Assembly: GCA_951406725.2 (NCBI GenBank) | Contig: OX597815.1 | Coordinates: forward strand, 38,936,001-39,000,000 | Reading direction: 5' to 3' | DNA: 64,000 bases | DNA from: Octopus vulgaris | Lineage: Eukaryota | In this document: positions 14,161 through 25,850 of the stretch, piece by piece | Layout: each line of letters begins with the position of its first letter | Numbering within the stretch: position 1 is the stretch's first letter | Position numbers and translations under genes: made by a program | The notes under the pieces: model-generated | Databases searched by the model: none | What the model was told of the DNA's origin: nothing | Seen by the model: the letters and a program-made list of their open reading frames with translations, nothing else

Positions 14161-14570
14161 GGCGGCGAGCTGGCAGAATCGTTAGCGCACTGAACGAAAT
14201 GCTTAACGGTATCGCGCCCGTCGCTATGTTCAGAGTTCAAATCCCGCTGAAGTTGACTTTGCTTTTCATCCTTTCGGGGTCGAAAAATTAAGTAATCGAC
14301 TAGTCACCTCCCCAACAATTTAAGATCTTGTGTCTATAGTAATCGACTTAATCTGTTTGTCTATCCTTGTTTGTCCCCTCTGTGTTTAGCCCCTTCTGGG
14401 TAGTAAAGAAATAGGTATTTCGTCTGCCGCTTCGTTCTGAGTTCAAAGGTGGGCGTTGCTTTTCATCCTTTCAGGGTCGATTAAATAAGTACCAGTTACA
14501 TACTGAGGTCGATGTAATCGACATACTCCTACCTCACAAATTTCAGGCCTTGTGTCTATAATAGAAAGGA
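14161..14570 (+). mobile_element. tRNA-derived SINE family A (multimeric)
   Basis: Head ggcggcgagctggcagaatcgttagc, B-box-like gagttcaaatcc, core ctttcatcctttcggggtcgat..aagtaccag. Many copies, e.g. 10500-10850(-), 11970-12090, 16298-16522, 33507-33921, 48617-49190, 52181-52465 and 60207-60790. Confidence 0.9.
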
Positions 14571-15944
14571 TCATCATCATCATCATCATCATCACCACCA
14601 CCATCATCATCATCATCATCATCATTATTATTATTATTATTATTATTATTAAGACCGGCGAGTTGGTAGAATCATTACCGCACTAGACAAAGTGCTTAGT
14701 GGCATTTTTCAGGTTTTACATCTGAGTTCAAGTTCCGTGGATATTATCTTTCATGCTATTCTGGTACAGTGCCAGACAATTTGCAGTTTCTTCTTTTCCA
14801 TTTCGTTTTACTCTGCTGTAAAAAAAAGAATAACAAAATCAATTATCTTGTAATCTCTGCTATGTCTCTGACTTGATTATATATTGCCTAGGTTTTTCCT
14901 TCAGACTCCACATCGGTTACTTTCGATAAAAATCCCCTTCTTGTAACGCTCGTATTTTTCTTCTAAACAGCCTGCCAGTTTTTTTCCGCCTCACCTATCA
15001 CGTACTTACTTTATTGCTGCCACACTTTGCTACAATATAATTGACGGCTTGATATACTTTATGTCCAATACTTACTATCTTGCCAACGAAAGCGAACTCC
15101 TATATGATCACTCGACCTGCTAGAAATATCAGCCAAATTTCTTTCCAATTACGCCTGACCTTCATCTGTAAGGAATGGGTCCTTCTACTCTTAAAAAAGA
15201 CGAGAGAAAGATTTGAGTACAATTTGATCATAGTCCTAGTCAATAAAAGTTGCCATGGGGCAAAACGAGAACAGCTATCTCATTTTCTAACAAACGTCTG
15301 TTCTTGCTCAGACGTGAACAAGATTTATTTCTCTTGAAGCCTGCATCTTTCGGGTATTCTTATCGTTCCAGCCATTGTATATTTTCTGTCTGCTGATAAA
15401 TATTCCATTTAACTCGTTTTCTTTCCAGTTTTCCATTCCCTTCTTTGTAAATTTTATTAAACATAGGCGTGGTTGTGTGCTTACGAATCTTGTTTCACAT
15501 TCATGTGGTCTTGGGCATTGTAAGTGGATTTGGTAAACTGAAACTAGGAGAAACCCGGCGTGCGTGCGTGCGTGTGTGCGTGCGTGTGTGCGTGCGTGCG
15601 TGTGTGCGTGTGTGGTGTGTGGTGTGTGTGTGTGTGTGTGTGTGTGTCTAGATTTGTCCGCTACTACTGCTTCACAAATGGTATTTGTTTGTTTATATCT
15701 TAACTTAGCGGATCGGTAAAAGAGACCAAGAGATGTACCAGGCTAAAAATAAGTTACTGGGGCCGATTTATTCAACTTACTTTTCAAGGTGGTGCCCCAG
15801 CATGTGCACAGTCAAATGACTAAAACAAGTAGAAAAAAACCTATACTGTGCGGCCATGGTTACATCTCTGAAAATAAAACTTTGTATGCTACACTTATTT
15901 TGTTGTGAGGTTTCTTTTATGGTTTAAGTGTGTCTTTAACAGAC

Positions 15945-16127
15945 GTGACTGTGTAGTTAGAAGCTTGCTTTCCAGCCACATGGTTCTGGGTTCAGTCCCA
16001 CTGCGTGGCACTGTGAGTAAGTGTACTCTACTATAGCCTCGGGCTGACCAAAGCCTTGTGAGTGGAATTAATAGACGGAAACTGAAAGAAGACCGTCGTG
16101 GGGGGGTGTATGTGTGTTTGTGTGTGA

Positions 16128-16158
<31 letters not shown>

Positions 16159-16285
16159 CGTGTGTGTGTGTGTGTGTGTCAGTGTTTGTCCTCCACCACC
16201 GCTGCTTGACAACGGGTATTGATGTCTTTACGTCCCTGTAACTTTGCAGTTCAGCTTAGAGAAAATAGAATAAGTATCAGGCTTA
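15945..16285 (+). mobile_element. tRNA-derived SINE family B (CORE-like ttgggcaagtg motif)
   Basis: ctgtgtggtaag..ccacatggttc..ggttcagtcccactgcgtggcac... Other copies at 190-330, 19237-19390(-), 26521-26880, 46297-46670(-) and 61340-61490. Confidence 0.85.
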
Positions 16286-16599
16286 TGTTAGGCTTAAAGG
16301 CGGCGAACTGGCAGAAACGTTAGCACGCCGGGCGAAATGCTTAGGGCTATTTCGTCTGCCGTTACGTTCTGAGTTCAAATTCCGCCGAAGTCAACTTTGC
16401 CTTTCATCCTTTCGGGGTCGATAAATTAATTACCAGTTACGCACTAGGGTCGATGTAATCGACTTAATCCGTTTGTATGTCCTCGTTTGTTCTCTCTATG
16501 TTTAGCCCCTTGTGGACAATAAAAATTTTTCAAGGCGGTGCCTCAGCATAGCCACAGTGTATATCTGAAATGTGTAAAAGGTAAAAGGTAAAGGCACTC

Positions 16600-16850
16600 C
16601 AATATATTCATTGTTGATCTTCCTTCCCGACTGCAGATATACGCTTCGCTTCAATTTTGCTAACATTTAAAAATTTGATACTGAATATCAGTTATAATTC
16701 TTTGAGTTCACTGTGTAAACCTAACTTAATATTTGTTGGTGTTAAGTAATTCATTGCTTCTTAGAAACACATTGGCACATCTTCCTACTTCCATACTCGT
16801 TTTGAAATTACTATTGAATCCAGATACTCTATTGTACATTCATGGAAACA
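16600..16850 (+). pseudogene. Decayed LRR-coding relic (clearest example)
   Basis: FKNLILNISYNSLSSL (from ~16666), then in another frame LLRNTLAHLPTSIL...LLYIHGN (ORF 16733), resembling the last LRR before an LRRCT cap. Interrupted by an R4 fragment at ~16860. Confidence 0.55.
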
Positions 16851-17804
16851 AAGAATACCAGTATGTGAGGATTAAAAATAGAAACAATCCCTATAGGTGC
16901 CTGGAGAATGATTGCAAGACATGCAGGCATATAGCCAAGCTAACAATATGCACAACATACAGAAAATAGCATTACAAAAACGATACACATCACATAGATT
17001 TCAAAAACAATAAAAAATACAAGAGCAATACAAAACATTATACATTTCTGAGATGTGCACAGCTGTAGTCAATAATGCAATGAAAAAGTATGCAATAAAA
17101 AGAAGCTCATTAAAATAATAATCTTTAACGTAACACTAAAACCATGAAAGAAACTCCACAACAAAATAATCATAGGTGTAGTACACAAACACAGTTCTAC
17201 TTACAGGAAGATAACCATTGTTGAGCACTCATTAAGAATGCGGAGGTGGCCGACGTGCCAATGATGTAGCTTTTACACAAAATATTCCAGAGGGTGGAAC
17301 AAATTGCGCAATGAATATGTAGATATCCTATATTAGATAATTAATGCCTATATCTGAAAATAAGACATGATGATCATGGTTGGAACGCTTTTTTCTTTAA
17401 GTCAGTTCGATCATGGCAGATTGGTGGTTAAATAATTACAACAATGGAGGTTCTTAACAGAAATTTCTAACACTGACACAAGGCCCAAAATTTGAGGAGT
17501 GGAAAAGGATCAGTTGACCCCAGTACTTTATTTTATCGACAAAAAAATAAAGCAAGACAAATTTGACCTCAGAGGAAACTGAACTCAGAACGTAAAAGAA
17601 AAACGTAAGAACCACAAGGCATTTATGTTTTTCTTCCCGGTGTTCTAATTTTTCTGGCAATGCACTACCCTAACATAATTCTTTTATTTGTTTCAGTTAT
17701 TGGACTGCGGCCATGTTGGAGCACCGCCTTTAGTCGAATAAATCGACCCTAGGATTTATTGTTTGTAAGCCTAGTACTTATTCTATCGGTTTCTTTTACC
17801 GAAC

Positions 17805-17875
17805 CGCTAAGTCACAGGGACGTAGACCACACCAACAACCGATGTTGGTGTGGTCTACGTCCCTGTGACTTAGCG
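17805..17875. other. Perfect 33-bp inverted repeat with a 5-nt loop
   Basis: cgctaagtcacagggacgtagaccacaccaaca-accga-tgttggtgtggtctacgtccctgtgacttagcg, formed from a SINE-B tail. Confidence 0.97.
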
Positions 17876-18056
17876 CTCGTATTAAATATATAAATACTTT
17901 AATAGTATTAATATTTTTATACAATGGAGCACTCAAAATAAATTTAGTATATAATATTCTTATTGAATATATTTACCTAAAGATTTATATATATATATAT
18001 ATATATTGTATTGTATTGGCATCCTTTCTGTCTCGGGAGACAATGGAGTTGCGCAT

Positions 18057-18148
<92 letters not shown>

Positions 18149-18325
18149 AGAGTAAATAATTTCTATAAAGGCTTTTAAAAAAACCCAATTATTTACTGGT
18201 AGAATTCGGTATGTAAATATAGCCGATTACCGGCAGGAACTTCTGTAAAGTTCAGTATATATATTGTATATAAGAAAAAGGAACAGGCAAAACAGGTTGC
18301 TTGACCGCATACCGAAGAAATAGAA

Positions 18326-18391
18326 ATAGCAGTCAAGAATGCTTATTTCTATCAAGAATGCACGCTTATAGAAATAAGCATTCTTGACTGC

Positions 18392-18394
<3 letters not shown>
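18326..18394. other. Perfect 27-bp inverted repeat with a 15-nt loop
   Basis: atagcagtcaagaatgcttatttctat / atagaaataagcattcttgactgctat. Confidence 0.95.
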
Positions 18395-18422
<28 letters not shown>

Positions 18423-18453
18423 TGGAAGGTTTGGAGATGATGTACAGGTATTT

Positions 18454-18795
18454 TATATTAGAAGAAATGAGGTACACAGAAAATCGGATGGTTTATATTT
18501 ACAGATATTTAATTGTATATTACATTTTTTATACATCATATAATTTAGATCGTGTATTAGCGCTTTCTCCCATTCTAGCGGGAAATTCCTCCCCACCACT
18601 ACAAACTCAATACCACTATAAAATGGTCAAAACTTTTCACACAGGAACCTAGTTTGGTTTGAAAACCCCACTAGAATAGGAGAAAGCGCTAATGCATGAT
18701 CTAAGTTATATGATGTATAAAAAATGTAATATACAAATAAATATCTGTAAATATAAACCATCCGATTTTCTGAGTACCTCATTTCTTCTAATATA
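18454..18795. mobile_element. MITE/foldback-like element with ~130-bp inverted arms, between (TA)n tracts
   Basis: Arms at 18454-18582 and 18667-18795; the ORF track shows nearly the same peptide ([18 protein letters not shown]) on both strands. Confidence 0.85.
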
Positions 18796-18985
18796 TATAC
18801 ATATATATACATACATACATATATATATATACATACATACATATATATATATACATACATACATATATATATACATACATATATATATACATACATATAT
18901 ATATATACATACATATATATATATATACATACATATATATATATACATACATATATATATATACATATATATATATACATACATA

Positions 18986-19073
<88 letters not shown>

Positions 19074-19080
19074 CATACAT

Positions 19081-19149
<69 letters not shown>

Positions 19150-19158
19150 TATACATGC

Positions 19159-19236
<78 letters not shown>

Positions 19237-20099
19237 GACGAGCTTCCTTCAGTTTCCGTCCACTCACAAGGGCTTTGGTCGACCCGAGGCTTTAGAAGAA
19301 GTCACTTGCCCAAGGTGCCATGCAGTGGGGCTGAACCCGAAACCATGTGGTTGGTAAGCAGGTTACTTACTACACAGCCACCCCTGCATCTATGATTCAA
19401 ATTTTGGAGCAAGGACACTAATTTTAGGTGGGAGAAGATAAATGATTGTACCGATCCCAGAACTCAACTGATATTTATTATATATACCCTCAAAAGATGA
19501 AAGCCAAAGCCGACCTCAGTGGAAATTCATTTCAGTGAACCAGAACAAATATTGCAAAATATTTTCTCCCGACACTCCAACATTTCTACAAACCCACCAT
19601 CCTAAGATAATAATAAGTGATGATTAGCTATAAGGCTTGCATCTATAAGGAATAAGTAGTGTTCGGTCACTTTCAAATAGCAACCAAGAAGTTACATCTC
19701 AATGTAATAATGGCAATAATGTATTTGACAAAATCTCTGTTAAAATAAGAGAAAGAAAAAGATAAAATAAACCTTTATAAAGGGAAATAATGAAATCAAA
19801 TGAAAGCTTTCTTCCTAAAAGCGTTGCTAAGTAATCAAAAGATGTCTAAGTACTGATTTTAAATGTTATTTTATACGCTGCGTCGTAACCCATCTTTCTG
19901 AGTTAACATTCTGGTTATTTGATTGGTTGGCACTAAGTAAATGAAACATCTAACATTTTTTAGATATAGTTTTGTTTTTCTCTGTTTCTCAGATATCTTT
20001 TTCTGCAGTCAGTTTTAGAACACCTCTTCCGTCATCTCGTCTGCTATCGTTCAATTAAATTATTCACATATGTTCATACGAGAAAAGATGAGACGCTGA

Positions 20100-21620
20100 A
20101 ATGGTAGGTGAATGAATTTTGCATGACAATCACTGTCTTCCATAGCTGCAGCTTTCATCTGCAGTTGATTAAAAGATGAAATAAATAGACGTAGAAGACT
20201 ATGTTCATTAGATACTTTCCTATTCGTGATCTGAATGAAAGAAAGGAAAATAAACGGGTTTTTCAATGGACTTTATGAAACTATTTCACGATTGACTAAC
20301 TTTCATTTGCGATATCAAAGTTGCTTAGCAATTGTAGCCACTGTGTGAAATTGATGAGAAATGCTTAAGCAATATGGTAATTTAGAGTCAAAATTAATTT
20401 TGAAAAATATCTGAAACATTAATTCTTTGAATATTTTCAACTCCAACGCTTCCTTTGACTGAATTAAAAAATAGGAAACTAAAGGGTCATAAAATAATTT
20501 TTTTCATATAAAGGCATCTATAAAAAAATATCAATCTAGAGAAGAAATTTACGAAAGTTGGATCAGATGCCTTGCAGTATTTGTTCTAGTTCTTTGTGTT
20601 CTAAGTCCAAACTCAGCTATATCCTACTTGTAGACTCAATTTGTCATTTGTTTCAACATTACCACCTTGCTCCTTGAGTACCTGTAACAGAGTCCACTCT
20701 GTTGCTAGCATTTAGACTAGGTCTGTTGTCAGAGAAGTCAGTAATCAGTGTTGCTTCCCACCCCAGCAACCGAGACTTGTGGCCTATGACGAAGCAATTG
20801 ATTAAGAAGACACTAAACCACGAAGTCTCTAACCTAATTTATTACAATCACAAGCCATTAAAAGCTCATTTGAATGAACTGACAAATATCATTTCCATTT
20901 CGGAAAGTTTCAGGGGAACTGAAATCAATAATTTCGAATTATCGTCACTTTTTTATTTATTTCTTACGTCTATTTTTTGTGCCGACATAGTCACACTGTA
21001 TTCTAAAGCTGTTTGCATGAAATATATAGGTCTACAATAACATTTTAAAGTCTATAAACTTTAGCTTCAAACAGTATTCTCTCAAGTATATTCCTGTGCG
21101 GAATACAAACGGTTAAAAATCTAATATCCAGTTTCACGATTGTGAAATTTGATATAATTAAGACTATGACTTTAAAATGTGACCGGATTAATAGAATTAC
21201 TAACATTTAAGCAACCCACTTCTCTAAAATCTGGTTAAACATTTGAATGGCTTCTAAGATAGTGACAAATAACTGCTTTAAGACAGTGACTAATAACTAA
21301 ATCAGTAAGATAATCACTACATAACTTTTCAAATTTGACCATAAAACTAATAGTCGAGACGAAGTTTTGCACCCAAACATTTTAACACGCAAACTTCTAA
21401 TTATTAGAGAATGATTTGAAAAACGAATTAAACCACATGTTGGGAAGACTATCTTCACCCATGCAGTCTTTGCGAATTTTACGTCTATGTGAATATACGA
21501 CACGTACAGGGGAAAAGGTCATTGGTATTAATTTTATAGAAAATGATTTTGACTCTGTTGTGACTATGTATATAATACTTGCTGGCAGCTTATATGTACA
21601 TAATGTATTTAAATAATGGG
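20100..21620 (+). pseudogene. Decayed LRR-coding relic
   Basis: GFFNGLYE; LLSNCS / EIDE / KQYGNLESKLIL across frameshifts; ILKSINFSFK..LKYIP; MQSLRILRL (ORF 21416). Confidence 0.4.
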
Positions 21621-23099
21621 ATAGAAGCTAAGTAATTGAAAATTTCTTTCGATTTATTCTTTTGCATGAAAGTAAAGAAATTGTAAAAACATCTTGTTAT
21701 TGACCACCCTCAGTTTCTCTACGAATACCTAACTATTTATCTGGAAAAAAAACAGTGAAATATCAGTCATTTGTGAAGCCAAAAAATACAATTGATTTGT
21801 TTCCGTATCAGTTACACGGATCAGAAATTATTTGTTTAGGTTTCTTACAATAATGTATTGTAAAGATGTACGCACTCACCTATAATAACGCAGATAAGTA
21901 TTATAAAACTTGAATCATATATATTATCGCTATCTTCGAAACATATCTCTAAAAGACGTGCTTCTGCCATAATTCAAGCTGAAATAGAGTTACTGGGCTA
22001 ATAAATTTTAGACATTTTCTTGGCAGAGCCATAATCTCATTAGATCTTACTTATTTAGTCACGTATAAATACATTTATTCTAGAACCTAAGCATATAACA
22101 AAAGACGGTGCCTTTATGACTTCCTCTCGGGTTAATTTCACCTTTTTACATAAATAATTACAGAACTCATTGTGGTATACCTACTGCAACTACTCACAAC
22201 AAATTATGATAATGACGACGATGATGGCCACAGCAATGATAATGAGAAGTGGGACGAGATGATGGTAGTTATATGATCATGACGATGATAATGCTGATGT
22301 TGGTTGTTGTGGTGGGATACGGTGAATTCATGCACAAATCAACCTTTAACAATAATGTCCATTTTGCCATTCATCACAAATTTCTATTCGCCTCAATGGA
22401 TATCAACCTTTTCTGATAGCGCCAAATAATTATGTACGTGTAATGTAAACGACGTTCATGTGATACTTCCAAACATTATTCTAATAAGATAAACACTTTT
22501 TAAAAAGTCACATCAACATTATTTTTGAAAATTAAGGGTTGTCTTTTGTCAAAGCGCGTTTATCATATAAAGACTAATTTTGGGGAAAAATTACGAGTGT
22601 GCATGAATCTTATGAGCATCGTTTACATTACATGATTACGCGTACACCGTTATTTGCTTTCCATGAGAAGATTGATAGCCATTTTCCTATTAACAGATAC
22701 CTGGGCGTGAGTAATTGCAGAAATTTGATTTGTGACATCATCATCATCATCATCACGACCGCCATCATCGGCTTCATCATGTGTAAGATCACATCAAATA
22801 AGCCCAGAGTATTCCAGTGAACCATTTTCTTCCAATTTAGATACTGTCTATAAAGAATAACATGGCCGCCCTATCCACGAACAGAGATCACCTCTAGAAA
22901 GAAAATGTTAGGTTGAATAATTGTGCAAAGCAGACAGGCCTTTACATCGAGATTCTCAAAAATGCAAGTAGTGTATATGAACCCTAGCAACCCTTCACCT
23001 ATTGCTGCTAGCGGTGGGCTACAGTCTGTGTGAAAAACAGATTTGTGGCCCGCCGTTGGCAGTAATAGACGAAGAGGTGTTGGGATTTATAAACGTGAC

Positions 23100-23102
23100 A
23101 TG

Positions 23103-23161
<59 letters not shown>

Positions 23162-23730
23162 CATTATCATCATCATCGTCATTGAGTGAGAGAGCAGCGC
23201 ATGCCATCAAAGTGACACTGGGGTAAAATATACGGAGCTCAGTATACCCATCATGGCTACCCGTCTGATAAGGGTACACCGGGCACATGCATCACAACCA
23301 TATGTGCGCGACAAGGTGATCTCATATGAAGATTAACAGCACATGACCTTGCTGATGGGGTCTAGTTACAATTTTCTTCAGACTGAGTAGCCCATCCCGC
23401 TCAAAAGGTCCCTGAATAAGGATTGTTTAAGGATGTTGAATGAAACACCCATGTTTCCGGAGGTGAATTATCCAAACTCCAAAGAATTCCTCTCAACTCA
23501 TGGCTATTATGCTCCCCCACTACTTCTGCTCGTGATCAGAGATGCACATATCGTCAGCCACTAAGGGGTGTGCTCAACTGGTTATGGTCAAACAACTTAC
23601 AAGCAAATCTGTGGTACTGAGCAGAATATTTGCTGTTGCCCATTTTTATACCAAGACAAAACAATGTACATGATGCACTTCAAGTCAGTTAAGATCAGAA
23701 GCCATGAGAGCTGCTGTCTGGTACTGCATA
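23100..23730 (-). mobile_element. Second copy of the ~550-bp (TAA)n-tailed retroposon
   Basis: Reverse complement of 9660-10210. Confidence 0.8.
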
Positions 23731-23735
23731 GCCGC

Positions 23736-23915
23736 TACAGTTCTATATTTAAGAGATGAGGAATTATTTACATTATTTACATTTGGCGGATATTTGTCCT
23801 CGTCTTGTTTGTTCTTAAAACAACGTTTCGGCTGACGTACACTCCAGTCTTCATCAGCTGTCCCGGGGAAATTTCAAACCTGGGTTCTCATTCCTAGGTA
23901 TTTTTCCGATGTTGT
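23736..23915 (-). mobile_element. Solo Penelope pseudo-LTR carrying a minimal hammerhead motif (23818-23861)
   Basis: Same sequence as the terminal repeat of the GIY-YIG element at 56282-57006. Minus strand reads CTGATGAAGACTG..CAGCCGAAACGTT. Confidence 0.75.
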
Positions 23916-23923
23916 TGTTGTTG

Positions 23924-24012
<89 letters not shown>

Positions 24013-24013
24013 G

Positions 24014-24810
24014 TCTTTGAACAGCTTCTAACGCTGGAGATGTACTACGGTGTCAGATGTTCACTACCAGTGAACTAAGGTAACACCTCTTAGTTTTCGA
24101 GCACCTTCCGGACTATTCGAGCGGTTCCAAGCAGTGCTGTTTTCTGCAAGTGCTCAACCCTTATTGCAGCCCATATTTGTTCTATGTACTTCTCGAGATT
24201 TTTACTCACTGTTACCAGGGCTCCGACAATTATTGGTACCACTACCATCTGTTTCATCGACCACAACTGCTTTACCTCCGAAGCTAACTTGTCATACCTA
24301 TCGACTTTTCTTTCTTCTTTATCGCATACCTTGTCAGCTGGGCATGCTATATATATATATGATCCAGCATCGTTTGCTTTCTTTCTCAACACTATGTCTG
24401 GTTTCACATTCTCTATCTCATGGTCGCACTGAATCATAAAATTCCATAGGATTTTTCATTATCATTTTCGATGATGCTTTCGGGTTTATGTTCGTACCAC
24501 GTTTTTCCTCTGTCAAGTCCATACTTGTTGCAAAGTGTCCAATGGACAATCCTTGCTATATTGTCATGCCGTCTCTTATATTCTACCTTGGCTAGTGGCG
24601 TACATTGACTGGTAATATGCCATACGGTTTCACCATTTTGTCCTTGGATTCTTCACTTACCACTTTTTGATGTATTGTCTATTCCGTATTTGATGTAATT
24701 GGTTCTTAATGCTTGCTCCTGGGCAGCGCAGATTAGAAATCTTTTAGTCATCGATAACCATCTTTTTTATCTGTCTGTCTTATCTTCAACATCCCCATGA
24801 AATTGTCCCT
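24014..24810 (-). mobile_element. R4/Dong-type 3' fragment with a (TAA)n tail
   Basis: ORF 24090-24437 (KPDIVL..IACPAD..VVVPIIVGAL..LQKTALLGTARIVRKVL); (TTA)n at ~23928-24012. Confidence 0.88.
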
Positions 24811-24869
24811 TTGAAATTGTCCACCATTATTATTGTTGTTGTTGTTGTTTTGCTTCTCAGAACGTTCGG

Positions 24870-25850
24870 TCTTGTTTGTTCTGGTAGATCTTGGGAGAGC
24901 GGACAGCAGCCTGCTGTCAGAGGTCTCACAGGGTCTCTTTCTACACATTATAAGCTTTGTTACTTAGTTGCTAATTACCGTGGGAGGCATACAACATCCA
25001 AGTACCAAGCTCAAAATCCTAGCTGTCTCCAGCAGGGCAGTTTTGATGGCTTGCTCTGCTCTTGTGTCAATTCCGATTTCTTTGACATATTTCTCGAACT
25101 TGGTTGTTAGTGCTCCACGTGCCCCAACAACTACTGGAATGACAGACACTCTTCTCATAATCCACATTCTTATAATTTCGTATTTTAGTTGTCTGTACTT
25201 TTCAATCTTTTCTGGTTCTTTTTCACTTATGCGTGCATCCCCATGTTTTTTTCCCTCATCTCCCACAACAATATCTTGTCTCCGAGCCTCAATTAAGGAG
25301 TCACATTGGATTGTAAAATCGCACGATATTTTATTTTAGTTATTCTCAGTGACCTCTTCTGGTTCATGTAAGTACCATTTCCGTGCTCTATTCAGGCCGT
25401 CCTTTTCACATAGCCTCCAGTGGACGAACTTAGCCACATTATCGTGCTCCTTTTTATAGTGCTTTTTGGCCAGATTGCTACACTCACAATATATGAGATT
25501 GTTTTATTTCTGCTGCCATATATCCTACAAAGGGGCGATTCGCTACTCTTATCTATTTGGAGTAATTAATTCCCAGAGCTTGTTCTTGGGCGCTGCATAT
25601 CAATGCCTCAGTACATCCTTTCAGATCATTCTTTCTTAGCTATCTCTAAGTGCTGATCTTGTCTTTTCCTTTCTTTTTCTAGTTATTTACTCCTTCTACT
25701 TCATCTCGTTTCTTAAATATTTGTGGATGCATCAAATTTTCGGCAGGTATTAATTTGTTAATTCTAACAGCGGCAAGCAAGGATTCACTTTACTGTTCGA
25801 TGTACCATCCCAAACTGTTCTCATTGACAATACAGAGTTTGCATCCTATG
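24870..25850 (-). mobile_element. Another decayed R4-type 3' fragment, cut by the Gypsy insertion
   Basis: ORF 24964-25266 (KIEKYRQLK..VIPVVVGA..KTALLETARIL). Confidence 0.85.

Noticed and set aside
18190-18335. CTGGTAGA..ttcggtatg/cataccgaa..GAAA hammerhead-like arrangement
   Set aside because: The core spacing is non-canonical and the 3' side is rearranged, so support is too weak.
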